A stretch of 64,000 nt of DNA from an uncultured Chloroflexia bacterium. Lineage in GTDB: Bacteria; Chloroflexota; Limnocylindria; QHBO01. Position numbers and translations under genes: made by a program. Shown here piece by piece: positions 39,439 through 50,173 of the stretch (positions are counted from its first letter, which is position 1; each line of letters opens with the position of its first letter). The notes beneath the pieces are model-generated. The model was not told where the DNA came from. It saw only the letters and a program-made list of their open reading frames with translations, and did no database searches. The stretch lies in assembly GCA_963825525.1 (NCBI GenBank), contig CAWGTN010000001.1:1-64000 (forward strand). Direction: 5' to 3'.

Positions 39439-40319
39439 GCGCCGACCGGCGTGCGCTCCTGTGACGAGGGCCGTGCCTCGGCGGGGCGAATCGGCCGCAG
39501 GTAGAGCGCCAGCACGGCCACGACGTAGACGAGCCAGCTGATGAAGGTGACCCACTCCGGCGTGCTCGTGTACCCGACCAGGGCACGCAGGATGGAGCCG
39601 ATGACGCCCAGGGCGCCGGCATCGGGCTCATGCGGCAGGACGGCGCTGATGTCGAACGCCTGCGATGTCCCGACCGTGATCCAGCCGACCTCGACGAACT
39701 CGTGGACGGCGTGCGAGAGGAGCCCCGCGGCGATGAAGATCAGGGCGATCCCCGTCCAGCTGAAGAACGTGCGCAGGTTGATGACGCGCGCCCCGCGATA
39801 CAGCCCGTAGCCGATCGCGACGGCGATCAGGAGGCCGATGATCGCTCCGACCAGCGTGCTGCTCGCCTCCGAGCCCGCCGCGGTCGCCTGGCCCATGAGG
39901 AAGAGCGACGTCTCGATGCCTTCGCGGATGACCGCGGTGAAGGCCAGGATGCCGAGTCCGAATACGCCGCCCTCCATCAGCGCGCGATCCACCCCGGCCT
40001 GGAGCTGGCCCTTGATGTTCGCGGATGTTCGACGCATCCAGAACAGCATCCAGGTCACGACCGCCGCCGCGGTGAGCATGGCGAAGCCCTCGAAGATCTG
40101 CTCCGCCGGCGCTTCGAATCCGCCCACCGTGTTGAAGAGCAGGAGGCCGACGGCCACGCTCAGGACGATGGCGGCTCCTGCGCCCAGCCAGATCTTTCCG
40201 AAATGCCGTTGGTTTCCGGTCTTGGCGAGGTACGCCAGGATGATGCTGACGATGAGCGCCGCCTCGACGCCCTCACGGAGCCCGGTCAGCAGTCCGGTCG
40301 TCAAGAATCCGAAGTCCAA
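39435..40319 (-). CDS. efeU: FTR1/EfeU iron permease
   Basis: Two REGxE motifs (REGVE, REGIE); about 7 TM helices. Confidence 0.9.
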   Translation of the reverse strand: MDFGFLTTGLLTGLREGVEAALIVSIILAYLAKTGNQRHFGKIWLGAGAAIVLSVAVGLLLFNTVGGFEAPAEQIFEGFAMLTAAAVVTWMLFWMRRTSANIKGQLQAGVDRALMEGGVFGLGILAFTAVIREGIETSLFLMGQATAAGSEASSTLVGAIIGLLIAVAIGYGLYRGARVINLRTFFSWTGIALIFIAAGLLSHAVHEFVEVGWITVGTSQAFDISAVLPHEPDAGALGVIGSILRALVGYTSTPEWVTFISWLVYVVAVLALYLRPIRPAEARPSSQERTPVGA

Positions 40320-40353
40320 GGTCGTTTCCTCTCAGCGTGGGTGGTGAACGCGA

Positions 40354-40385
40354 GTAAGGCTACCCTTACGTCATTCGTTCGTCAA
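40354..40385 (-). promoter_or_regulatory. efeU promoter TTGACG-17-TAGCCT overlapped by a DtxR/IdeR-like box
   Basis: Near-palindrome GTAAGGCTACCCTTAC (40354-40369) covers the -10 and resembles the TAGGTTAGCCTAA core. Confidence 0.6.
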
Positions 40386-40474
40386 TCCGAATCACTGACG
40401 AACGGGTCGGGATTCGACGCGGCATGCGTCCGACTAGAATCAGGGCTCCCGACACCGACCTCCACGGAGACCAC

Positions 40475-41671
40475 ATGATCGATTTCTCACTGACCGATGC
40501 CCAGCGCGAAGTGCAGCGCACCGCGCGCGCCTTTGCCGAGCGGGAGATCCTCCCGCGCATCGGCGAGATGGATGCCACCGCGACGTATGACCGCTCCCTC
40601 TACGAGAAGATGGGATCGGAGGGCCTGCTGGGCCTGCCGATTCCGGAGCAGTACGGCGGGGCCGGCATGGACTACATCGCCTTCGCGCTGCTGTGCGAGG
40701 AGATGGAGCGTGCCGATACGGCCTTCCGCGTGATCCTCAGCGTGCACACCGGGCTGAACTCGCTGACCCTGCTCCAGTGGGGGAGCGAGGAGCAGAAGCA
40801 GCAGTACCTCGTCCCGCAGGCGCGCGGCGAGAAGATCGCCACCTTCGGGCTGACCGAGCCGGGCGTCGGATCGGACGCCGGCAATCTCGCCACCACCGCG
40901 CGCCGCGACGGTGATCGCTACATCCTCAACGGCAGCAAGATCTGGATCAGCCTGGCCGACACTGCGGACCACTTCCTGGTCTTCGCCAACGTCGATCGCA
41001 GCAAGGGCCACAAGGGCATCACCGCCTTCATCGTGGAGCGCTCGTTCCCCGGCTTCAGCTCCGAGTCGCTGCACGGCAAGCTCGGGGTCCGGGCCGGCAA
41101 CACCGGGATCCTGACCTTCAGCGACTGCGAGGTGCCGGCCGCCAACCGGGTCGGCGAGGAGGGCGAGGGCTTCACCATCGCCATGAGCGCCATCGACCAG
41201 GGCCGCTACACCGTGGCCGCCGGCTCGGTCGGGCTGGCGCAGGCGTGCCTCGACGCATCGGTCAAGTACGCGCACGAGCGCCAGGCGTTCGGCTCCGAGA
41301 TCGGGCAGCACCAGCTGGTGAAGCAGATGATCTCGAAGATGTACGCCGGCATCGAGTCCGGACGCCTCCTCGTCTTCAAGGCCGGCTGGAAGAAGAACGC
41401 CGGAGAGCGCAACACGCGCGAGACCGGCCTGGCGAAGTGGTACTGCACCGACCACGCGGTTGCGTCGGCGCTGGACGCGATCCAGATCCACGGCGCCTAC
41501 GGCTACAGCAACGAGTATCCGGTCGAGCGCTACCTGCGCAACAGCAAGGGCTCGGTGATCTACGAGGGAACGTCGCAGATCCACACCCTGATGCAGGCCG
41601 ATTACCTGCTCGGCTATCGCAAGGACAAGGCCCTGCGCATGCCGCAGCCCGCGTTCGAAGGCGAGATGTAG
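40475..41671 (+). CDS. Acyl-CoA dehydrogenase
   Basis: FGLTEPGVGSD, LNGSKIWIS, QIHGAYGY, IYEGTSQI. Confidence 0.95.
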   Translation: MIDFSLTDAQREVQRTARAFAEREILPRIGEMDATATYDRSLYEKMGSEGLLGLPIPEQYGGAGMDYIAFALLCEEMERADTAFRVILSVHTGLNSLTLLQWGSEEQKQQYLVPQARGEKIATFGLTEPGVGSDAGNLATTARRDGDRYILNGSKIWISLADTADHFLVFANVDRSKGHKGITAFIVERSFPGFSSESLHGKLGVRAGNTGILTFSDCEVPAANRVGEEGEGFTIAMSAIDQGRYTVAAGSVGLAQACLDASVKYAHERQAFGSEIGQHQLVKQMISKMYAGIESGRLLVFKAGWKKNAGERNTRETGLAKWYCTDHAVASALDAIQIHGAYGYSNEYPVERYLRNSKGSVIYEGTSQIHTLMQADYLLGYRKDKALRMPQPAFEGEM

Positions 41672-41676
41672 ATCCG

Positions 41677-42225
41677 GTGAGCCGCACGATCGAGCTGATC
41701 GCCGGCCTGCTGCTGGTGGCCGTTGCCATCCTGCTGCTGGCCAGCGAGCCGTTGATCGACTTCGTTCGGGGACTCGGGGTGAGCGACGACGTGCTGCGCT
41801 GGTGGCCGGTGCTGCTCATCGGCATGTCGCTCTTCTTCCTGGTGCCCGGCTTCCTCGGCGGTCCGACGCGACGCCTGCGCGCCGGGATGGTCATTCCGGG
41901 AGCCATCCTGGCCGGCGTGGGCGGGGCGCTGCTCTACACCAGTCTCACCGACCGTTGGGGCGCATGGGCATACCTGTGGAGCGTCTTCCCGTTCAGCTTC
42001 GGCCTCGGGATGTACGCGGCCGGCTGGATCGCCGACGCGCCGGCCTTCAAGTGGATCGGCGCCGGGATCGCCGTCGGCGGCGTGGTGGCCTACCTCGTCT
42101 TCGCGACAGCCTTCGGAGGCGAGGCGTTCCGACTGGTCGCCGCCATCGGCATCCTGGCGTTGGGCCTCGCCCTGACGGTCGGCGGCCTCGCCGAGCGGCT
42201 CAGCCGGAAGTCGCCCACGTCCTAA
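41677..42225 (+). CDS. Membrane protein (LiaF/LiaI-like WWP motif)
   Basis: Hydrophobic helices, WWPVLLI, WAYLW. Confidence 0.7.
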   Translation: MSRTIELIAGLLLVAVAILLLASEPLIDFVRGLGVSDDVLRWWPVLLIGMSLFFLVPGFLGGPTRRLRAGMVIPGAILAGVGGALLYTSLTDRWGAWAYLWSVFPFSFGLGMYAAGWIADAPAFKWIGAGIAVGGVVAYLVFATAFGGEAFRLVAAIGILALGLALTVGGLAERLSRKSPTS

Positions 42226-44219
42226 CCGCTCGGCCTTCCTCGGCGCACGTGCTCGTCGAACCACGCCAGCAGCCGCTCCATGCGGTCGATGCGGCGATCC
42301 GGGCGGCCGGAGGTTCGCATGCCGTGGTGCTCCTCGGGATAGAGGATGAGCTCCACCTCGCGGCCGAGGACCTTGAGCGCGGTGAAGAATTGCTCGTTGT
42401 CCGACGCGGGACAGATCCGATCCTCTTCGGCCTGCAGCATGAGCAGCGGCGTCCGGACGCGGGCGGCGTTCCGAAGGGGCGACGACTGCCACAGCGCTCG
42501 CATGCCCTTGTCGGTCAGCGGATCCCCGAGGCCGGCCCGACGGTTGTAGTAGACGCCGAAGAACGAGTTCGCCCAGGTGCTGACCTGATTGGCGACGCCG
42601 TTCTCGGATGACGCGGCGGCAAAGCGATCCGTCACCCCGATCAGCCACTGGGTCAGGAACCCGCCGTACGACAACCCCATGACCGCCAGGCGGTCGGGGT
42701 CGGCGAGTCCTCGCGCCACGAGCGCGTCGACGGCCGCCATCGCATCCTCGGCATCGGCATCACCCCAGCTGGCCGAGAGCCCCCTGACCCACTCCGACCC
42801 GAACGTGGCCGAGCCGCGAATGTTCGGCATGAGGACCCGGTAGCCGGCGGCGCACAGGGCCAGGCCATCCATCGTGCCACCTGGCCCCCACGCGCCAGTC
42901 GGTCCGCCGTGGACGTGGAGGACGGTCGGCAGGCGGCGGCGGCCGGCGCCGGCGGGCGAGGCCAGCCAGGCGTGAATCGGCCCGGCCGGGCCATCGAGCT
43001 CGAGCTCGGTGAGCTCGACCGCCGGGAAGCGGCGCAGCCATCCGGATCCCTCGCGCGTCACCTGGCGCAGCCGCCCGGACTCGACAGCGTGGACGTCGGC
43101 CGCGCCACCGTCGACGGCGGCAGAGACGACGATCCGGCCGCGTGCAGCGGCGATCCCGGAGGCGGCAAGCGGCAATGTCGGGTCCACCAGCGGCTCCGTC
43201 AGCGCGTCCAGGGTGACGCGGAACGGGACGTTCCGTCCGCGCATGCCGATCATGACCGCCAGCGTCGCGTCGTCCAGCCAGACCGGCGCGAGGCTGCCCT
43301 CGGTCATCTGCAGGTCGCACCACGCCCACTCGCCGAGGGGACGATCGAGCTCGGCCGTCAACGAACGCGGTCGCCCGCTCGGAAGCTCCACGACCCACAG
43401 CTGGGGCGGGACGTCGTCCGGTGGGTCGTCGACGTCCGTGCCGATGAACGCCAGGTGCCGCCCATCGGGGGAGTAGCTCGGGTAGTCGGCATCGCCGGCC
43501 AGGCTGACGAGCTCGCGGATGCGCGGACGACGCGCCTCGGTCCCGACGCTCCACACCTGAATGCGCGGGGCGATCGTGGTGTCGGCGCCGCGATCGGCGC
43601 TGAACGCGATCCGTTCACCGTCCGGTGCCCAGGTCGGATTGAGGACGTCGAAGTCACCGCTCGTGAGCTGCCGCGGTCGGGCACCGTCCCGGGTGGCGAC
43701 CACCCACAGGTGCGCGCGTCGCGCCACGTGACCCGAATCGTCGTCACGAAAGTCCAGCCGGGTGAGGCGCCTCGCGATCGGCGTTCGGCCCTTCGGATCG
43801 TCGCCGATCACGAACCGCTGATCGCCAGCCGGGGCCACCAGGGCCAGCCGCCCTCCATCGGGGCTCCAGCGAGCCGCCGACGCTCCGTGCTTCAGCGATG
43901 TCAGCTGCCACGGCTCGCCACCGTCGAGTGGAAGGATCCATAGCTGTCCGGTGCCCGTCGCCCCGCCGGTGATCGGCGACCGCACGAACGCGATGAGGGT
44001 CCCGTCCGGCGAGATCTGCGGTGCGGTGTCGCGGACCGAGCCGCGGGTGAGCTGGCGCGACCGGCCTCCACGATACGGCCTCACCCAGAGGTGCGACTCG
44101 TACGAGCCACCGCGCACGCGCCGTAATACGTACACGATGGATTCGCCGTCCGGCGAGATCTCGAATGCCTCGAGGGCGATCTGGGCGCGAACGAGCGCGC
44201 TCGGCGTTGCTTTCGTCAT
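42222..44219 (-). CDS. S9 family peptidase (acylaminoacyl peptidase-like)
   Basis: PD40-like SPDG repeats, HGGP, GLSYGG, EDRIC, YPEEHH. Confidence 0.92.
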   Translation of the reverse strand: MTKATPSALVRAQIALEAFEISPDGESIVYVLRRVRGGSYESHLWVRPYRGGRSRQLTRGSVRDTAPQISPDGTLIAFVRSPITGGATGTGQLWILPLDGGEPWQLTSLKHGASAARWSPDGGRLALVAPAGDQRFVIGDDPKGRTPIARRLTRLDFRDDDSGHVARRAHLWVVATRDGARPRQLTSGDFDVLNPTWAPDGERIAFSADRGADTTIAPRIQVWSVGTEARRPRIRELVSLAGDADYPSYSPDGRHLAFIGTDVDDPPDDVPPQLWVVELPSGRPRSLTAELDRPLGEWAWCDLQMTEGSLAPVWLDDATLAVMIGMRGRNVPFRVTLDALTEPLVDPTLPLAASGIAAARGRIVVSAAVDGGAADVHAVESGRLRQVTREGSGWLRRFPAVELTELELDGPAGPIHAWLASPAGAGRRRLPTVLHVHGGPTGAWGPGGTMDGLALCAAGYRVLMPNIRGSATFGSEWVRGLSASWGDADAEDAMAAVDALVARGLADPDRLAVMGLSYGGFLTQWLIGVTDRFAAASSENGVANQVSTWANSFFGVYYNRRAGLGDPLTDKGMRALWQSSPLRNAARVRTPLLMLQAEEDRICPASDNEQFFTALKVLGREVELILYPEEHHGMRTSGRPDRRIDRMERLLAWFDEHVRRGRPSG

Positions 44220-44386
44220 GGTTGCCGAGTATGCCGAGCGCAGGATCGGGCGGTGATGCGGATTCCGCAGGAATGCCGGAAACGTTGACCGGATTCCGTG
44301 GGGTATGCCATCCTCGGCCGAACCAAAGCGGCTGTCCCGCCCCGGGCATCCAACTGCCGCTGTAGCGACTGGAGGTAGGTGGGACA

Positions 44387-46091
44387 GTGCGAACTCGTCG
44401 TTTCCTGGCCAGCATGACGGTCCTCGGCCTGGTCCTCGCCGCGTGCGGGACCTCGCAGGGGTCCCCAAGCGCTGGCGCATCGCAGCCAGATGGCGGGACG
44501 CCGTCCGACGGGGGAACCGCAACCGGTGGGACCGTGCGCATCGGTTGGGGAGGATCGCCCGACAGCCTGAATCCCGGCAATGGCGTGCTGGCCGAGTCCT
44601 ACACGCTCTATCCGCTCGATGTATGACGTGCCCATCGACATCACCTCGGACGGGGAGTACGTCCCGGAGCTGGCGACCTCGTGGGATGTCTCCGATGACG
44701 GCCTGACCTGGACGCTCGACATCGTCGACGGCGCCACCTTCCACGACGGCGAGCCGCTGACCGCCGAGGACGTGGCCTACTCGATTCAGCTCTACAAGGA
44801 CACCGAGGACTTCCCGTTCCTGCCGTCCTACGCGGCGTACTTCGAGACCATCGAGGCGCCGGACGCCAACACGGTGGTCCTCACCACCGCGGAGCCGCTC
44901 GGCAACTTCGAGGCGAACATGGTCTTCATGTACGTCATCCCGAAGCACATCTGGGAGACCGAGGACGACCCGGTCGCCTTCGACAACCTCGACATGATCG
45001 GATCGGGACCCTTCAAGGTGGCCGAGTACTCGCAGGGCGAGTTCGTCGAGCTCGAGACCAACACCGAGTACTGGCAGACGCCCGCCAACATCGACGGCGT
45101 GATCTTCCAGACGATTGACAATCCCGATGCGCGCGCCACCGCGCTGACCACCGGTGAGGTCGATGCCATCACCGAGTTCCCGGCGACCGCGGTGAGCACC
45201 CTGCAGAATGCCGAGAACGTCAACGTCCACATTGCCGATATCGGAGCGGGCGGTGCTTTCCGCGACGTGTTCTTCAACGTGGTTTCAGACGAGGACTGCC
45301 CCGCCGAGGACGGTGTGTGCTCGGGACATCCGGCGCTGAAGGACCTGGCCGTGCGCCAGGCGTTGGCGACCGCCACCGACAAGGAGCAGATCATCGACGT
45401 CGCGACGCTGGGGACGAGCTCAGCGGGCCTGTCGGTCGTGCCCCCGGGACTGGGCGACTTCTACGCCAGCGACGTGCAGGACTACGCCTACGACGTGGAC
45501 GCAGCGAACGCACTGCTCGACGACGCAGGCTACGAGGACTCCGACGGTGACGGCGTACGTGAGTGCCTGGCCGACCAGGACTGCGACGACCTCACGTTCC
45601 GGTTCAACTACGCCGATGACATCGACACGGCGCCGCGCGAAGCGGAGTTGCTGCAGGGCATGTGGGCCGACATCGGGGTTCAGATCGAGATCCAGGGATT
45701 GGATCCCGACACGCTCACCAGCGTGTGCTGCCCGACGTTCGACTATGACGTGATGCTGTGGGGCTGGGGCTCGGATCCGGACCCGGCCTTCCTCCTGGGC
45801 GTTGCCCTGTGCGGGGAGATCGACACGGGCTTCAGCGAGACCGGGTACTGCAATCCCGCGTTCGATGAGCTCTACGATCGGCAGGGCATCGAGACCGACC
45901 CGACGGCTCGGGTGGAGATGATCCACGAGATGCAGCAGATCCTGGTGGAAGATGTCCCGTACATCATTCCGTACTACCAGGTCTCGATCCAGGCATGGCG
46001 GACCGATACGTTCAGCGGCTGGCTGGACATCGACCCGACGCTGGGCCTGGAGGACGCGGCCAACCTGATCGCCCTGCGACCGGCCGAGTAG
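44387..46091 (+). CDS. Peptide/nickel ABC substrate-binding lipoprotein (frameshift near 44610)
   Basis: Lipobox LAAC in ORF 44387; PELATSW, FHDGEPLTAEDV, GSGPF in the next frame. Confidence 0.9.
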
Positions 46092-46100
46092 GACCCACCG

Positions 46101-46140
46101 CAGCGCGGGGTCGGCGCTCGTGACGCTCGGCCCCGCGCTG
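46101..46140 (+). terminator. Intergenic hairpin after the SBP gene
   Basis: CAGCGCGGGGTCG...CGGCCCCGCGCTG. Confidence 0.5.
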
Positions 46141-46181
46141 TCCAGCCCGATGCACTCCGATGCTTCGCGCAGGCCCAGCGC

Positions 46182-47189
46182 ATGAGTGGACGGGGCGGTT
46201 ACCTCCTGCGCAAGATCGGCTGGGCGCTGCTCACGATCTTCGTTGTCATCACCTTCAACTTCGTCCTGTTCCGTGTGCTGCCGGGTGACCCCGCGAAGTC
46301 CGGGCTGCGTGACCCGCGGCTGAATCCGGCGGCTGTCGAGGCGCTGCGCGAGCGATTCGGGCTCGACAAGCCGGTGTTCATCAATCTCGATGGCGGCAAC
46401 CCGTTCGACTCGCAGTACGTCGCGTACTTCGCAGCCCTGAGCCGCGGTGACCTGGGAACGAGCTACGCGTTTCGCGACAAGCCGGTGGGTGACCTCATCG
46501 GCCAGGCCCTGGGGAACACCCTGTGGCTGATCATTCCGTCGCAGTTCCTCGCCATCCTGTTCGGCGCCGGCCTCGGCCTTTTCGCGGCATGGCGGCGCGG
46601 CCGGCCGTTGGACGTGAGCGCGCTCACCTTCAGCCTGTTCATGTGGTCGCTGCCGACGTTCTTCCTGGGGATCATCCTGCTCGTCGCCGGCGCGAACTGG
46701 CTCGGGCTGCCCACCGCCGGGCGGATCACGATCGGCGCGGGGTTCGAATCGTTCTGGGACGTCGCCATCGACGTGGCCCGCCATCTGATCCTGCCGACGC
46801 TGACCCTCACCCTCGTCCTGCTGGGCGAGTACATGCTCATCATGCGCAGCAGCGTGCTCGACGTCTTCGGCGAGGACTACATCCTCACGGCGCGCGCCAA
46901 GGGCCTCTCCACCTACCGGATCATCCGCCACCACGCCCTGCGCAACGCGATCCTGCCGATGGTCACGCTCATCGCCCTCAACCTGGGCTTCACCGTCTCC
47001 GGGGCGATCCAGGTCGAGGCCGTCTACTCGTGGCCGGGCCTCGGGGCGCTGACGGTGAATGCCGTCGGCGACCGCGACTACCCGGTCCTCCAGGGCGCGT
47101 TCCTGCTGATCGCCGTGGCCGTCGTGCTGGCGAACCTGATCGCTGAGCTCGTCTATGGCTGGCTCGATCCCCGGGTGAGCGAGGGATGA
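46182..47189 (+). CDS. Peptide ABC permease (DppB-like)
   Basis: PGDP, GDLGTS, EDYILTARAKGL, HALRNA, RDYP. Confidence 0.92.
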   Translation: MSGRGGYLLRKIGWALLTIFVVITFNFVLFRVLPGDPAKSGLRDPRLNPAAVEALRERFGLDKPVFINLDGGNPFDSQYVAYFAALSRGDLGTSYAFRDKPVGDLIGQALGNTLWLIIPSQFLAILFGAGLGLFAAWRRGRPLDVSALTFSLFMWSLPTFFLGIILLVAGANWLGLPTAGRITIGAGFESFWDVAIDVARHLILPTLTLTLVLLGEYMLIMRSSVLDVFGEDYILTARAKGLSTYRIIRHHALRNAILPMVTLIALNLGFTVSGAIQVEAVYSWPGLGALTVNAVGDRDYPVLQGAFLLIAVAVVLANLIAELVYGWLDPRVSEG

Positions 47190-47193
47190 GCCG

Positions 47194-49137
47194 ATGAGCG
47201 TGCTGATCGAGGCGACGGCGCCAAAGGCCGTCGAGGCGCGTGCCTGGTGGCGCTCCTTCCTTCACCATCGGATGGGGATGATCGGGGCGGGCATGCTCGC
47301 CATCGCGCTCTTCGTCGCCGTGGCGGCACCGCTGCTCGCGCCGTACGACCCGTACGCGACGGTCCGCGTCAGCATCCTCGACATCTACCAGGCCCCATCG
47401 GGCCAGCACCTGCTCGGGACCGATGACGGCGGCAAGGACGTCTTCTCATCGCTGCTGTATGGAGCGCGGGTCTCGCTCATCGTCGGGTTTGCGGCGGCAG
47501 CGATCGCCCTGTTCATCGGCGGGCTGGTCGGCATCGTGGCGGGCTACCGCGGTGGCTGGGTCGGATCGCTCCTCATGCGGATCACCGACTTCTTCCTCGT
47601 CATCCCGGACCTGGCGCTCCAGATCGTGCTCGTGGCGATCATCGGCCCGTCGCTGGGCACGATCATCCTGGTCATCGGCGCCCTGGGCTGGACGACGACC
47701 GCGCGGCTGGTGCGATCGCAGGCGCTCACCGTGAGGGAGCGCAAGTACGTGATGCGGGCTCGCGCCATCGGCGCCGGTGATGCGCACATCCTGCGCCGGC
47801 ACATCCTGCCTGCGGTGCTGCCGCTGATGCTGGCGAACATGGTGCTGGTCATCAGCCTGGCGATCCTGTCGGAGTCGACGCTCGCATTCCTGGGCCTCGG
47901 GGACCCGACGGTCATCAGCTGGGGCCAGATGCTGAACTTCGCCTTCGGCCGTGGCGCCGTGACCGCGGGCGCATGGTGGGCCCTCCTTCCACCCGGATTC
48001 GCGATCGTGTGGGTCGTGCTCGGAACGACGCTCCTCGGCACGGCGCTGGAGGATGCGCTCAACCCGCGCCTGAAGCGACACCACCTCGAGACGCCCGGTG
48101 AGGACGTCGCGACCGATCGTGCGGTCCCGGCGCTCGACATCCCATCCGCCGGGGTAGCAGATGCTGGTCCCATCCTCCGCGTTCGGGACCTGTCGATCGA
48201 GTTCGACACGCCATCGGGTCCGCAGCGAGCGGTGGATGGGGTGAGCTTCGACCTCCTCCGGGGGCAGACCCTGGGTCTGGTGGGTGAGTCGGGCTGTGGC
48301 AAGACGACCACGGTGCTCGGCATCCTGCGCCTCCTGCCGCCGGGCGGTCGCGTGGTGTCAGGGAGCGTCTGGTTCGAGGGCGAGGACCTGCTGAGCCTGG
48401 ACGGCGGCGCGCTGCGCGCGTTCCGATGGACCCGCCTGTCGCTTGTCTTTCAGGGGGCGATGAACGCCCTCAACCCGGTGCGCACGGTGGGTGATCAGAT
48501 CGTCGAGGCGATCCGCCTGCACGACACCGAGATCAGCAAGGCGGAGGCGCTCGATCGCTGCGCCGACCTGCTCGAGCGCGTCGGGATCGGCCGCCGGCGA
48601 GCCGGCGAGTATCCGCACACCTACTCGGGTGGGATGCGCCAGCGCGCCATGATCGCCCTGGCGCTCGCCTGCGATCCCGACGTGATCGTGGCGGACGAGC
48701 CGACGACGGCGCTGGACGTGATGATCCAGGCCCAGATCCTCGAGCTCCTGAGCGGGATCGCGCGCGACTTCGGGACAGGGATCATCCTGGTGACTCATGA
48801 CCTCGGGGTCGTCGCCCAGGCATGCGACCGAGTCGTGGTCATGTACGGCGGCGGCGTTGCCGAGGAGAACGACGCGGCGACGTTGTTCCGCGACCCGCAG
48901 CATCCGTACACGCAGGAGCTGCTGCAGTCGTTCCCGGACCTCGCGCATCCCGATCGCCCGCTGCGCGGCATCCCCGGGTCACCACCGCGGCTGGACGACA
49001 TGCCCGTCGGCTGCCGCTTTGCTCCTCGATGTCCGCACGCCTTCGATCGGTGCCGGACCGAGCGTCCGCCTGAGTACGGCGTCACCGGCGGACGGGCAGC
49101 ATGCTTCCTGCTGGACCCGGAGGGGGAGCGCCCGTGA
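47194..49137 (+). CDS. Peptide ABC permease-ATPase fusion (DppC-DppD)
   Basis: HLLGTD..GKD permease region followed in frame by GESGCGKT, SGGMRQR, ADEPTTALD. Confidence 0.9.
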   Translation: MSVLIEATAPKAVEARAWWRSFLHHRMGMIGAGMLAIALFVAVAAPLLAPYDPYATVRVSILDIYQAPSGQHLLGTDDGGKDVFSSLLYGARVSLIVGFAAAAIALFIGGLVGIVAGYRGGWVGSLLMRITDFFLVIPDLALQIVLVAIIGPSLGTIILVIGALGWTTTARLVRSQALTVRERKYVMRARAIGAGDAHILRRHILPAVLPLMLANMVLVISLAILSESTLAFLGLGDPTVISWGQMLNFAFGRGAVTAGAWWALLPPGFAIVWVVLGTTLLGTALEDALNPRLKRHHLETPGEDVATDRAVPALDIPSAGVADAGPILRVRDLSIEFDTPSGPQRAVDGVSFDLLRGQTLGLVGESGCGKTTTVLGILRLLPPGGRVVSGSVWFEGEDLLSLDGGALRAFRWTRLSLVFQGAMNALNPVRTVGDQIVEAIRLHDTEISKAEALDRCADLLERVGIGRRRAGEYPHTYSGGMRQRAMIALALACDPDVIVADEPTTALDVMIQAQILELLSGIARDFGTGIILVTHDLGVVAQACDRVVVMYGGGVAEENDAATLFRDPQHPYTQELLQSFPDLAHPDRPLRGIPGSPPRLDDMPVGCRFAPRCPHAFDRCRTERPPEYGVTGGRAACFLLDPEGERP

Positions 49138-50153
49138 GCGAGCCGATCCAGCCCGAGCCGATCCTGCGCGTCGAGGGGCTGTTCAAGGAGTTCCCGGGCC
49201 GGACCACGTTCGGCGACTGGGTCCGGCGGCGCCCGGCGCCACCGGTGCGCGCGGTCGATGGGATCTCGTTCGAGCTCCGCGCCGGCGAGATCCTTGCGCT
49301 CGTCGGTGAGTCCGGCTGCGGAAAGACGACCACGGGCAACCTGCTCATGGGACTCCTGCCGCCGAGCGGTGGGCGAGTGATGCTCGATGGCGAGGAGGTC
49401 GGCGCGCTGTCAGGCCGTGGTCTGCGCCAGCTTCGACGCCGCGTGCAGATGGTCTTCCAGGACCCGTACGAGTCGCTGAACCCCCGCATGACGGTCGGTG
49501 ACATCGTCGCGGAGCCGTTGCGCGTCCACCGGGTGGCGACGTCCGACGACGACCTGCGGGCACGCGTCGCGACCGCCCTCACCTCGGCTGGCCTGGCGCC
49601 TGCCGACGCGTACCTCGCGCGCTACCCATTCGAGATGTCTGGCGGGCAGCGGCAGCGCGTCGTGATCGCTGCGGCCCTGGCACTTGAGCCATCCCTCCTT
49701 GTCGCCGATGAGCCGGTCAGCATGCTCGACGTCAGCATCCGCGCCGAGATCCTCAACCTGCTCTCCAGCCTGGCCCGAGATCACGGGATCGGGATCGTGA
49801 TGATCACCCACGACCTCTCGACCGTGGCCGCCTACGCCGATCGAATCGCGGTGATGTACCTGGGACGCATCGTCGAGCATGGCCCGACGCGCCAGGTCCT
49901 GTCGGATCCGCAGCACCCGTATGCGCGCGCACTGCTGTCGGTGGTCCCGGTGCCCGATCCCTCGCTCCGGCGGACGCCGGTCATCCTGAGCGGCGAGACG
50001 CCGGATCCCTCGCGGATTCCCTCGGGGTGTCGCTTCCATCCGCGCTGCCCGCTCGCCTTCGACCGATGTCCGCAGGTCGATCCTCGGCTCATCGACGTCG
50101 GGCCTGACCACCAGGCCGCCTGTCTCCTGCTGGGGGACGGCAGCGGTCGCTGA
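49134..50153 (+). CDS. Peptide ABC ATPase (DppF-like)
   Basis: GESGCGKT, SGGQRQR, DEPVSMLD, GCRFHPRC. Confidence 0.92.
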   Translation: MSEPIQPEPILRVEGLFKEFPGRTTFGDWVRRRPAPPVRAVDGISFELRAGEILALVGESGCGKTTTGNLLMGLLPPSGGRVMLDGEEVGALSGRGLRQLRRRVQMVFQDPYESLNPRMTVGDIVAEPLRVHRVATSDDDLRARVATALTSAGLAPADAYLARYPFEMSGGQRQRVVIAAALALEPSLLVADEPVSMLDVSIRAEILNLLSSLARDHGIGIVMITHDLSTVAAYADRIAVMYLGRIVEHGPTRQVLSDPQHPYARALLSVVPVPDPSLRRTPVILSGETPDPSRIPSGCRFHPRCPLAFDRCPQVDPRLIDVGPDHQAACLLLGDGSGR

Positions 50154-50173
50154 AGGCGGCGGCCGCTGGCGTT

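Noticed and set aside
44220-45230. 1002-aa extended S9 peptidase
   Set aside because: The extension is antisense to the peptide SBP gene; the true start is ATG at 44219.
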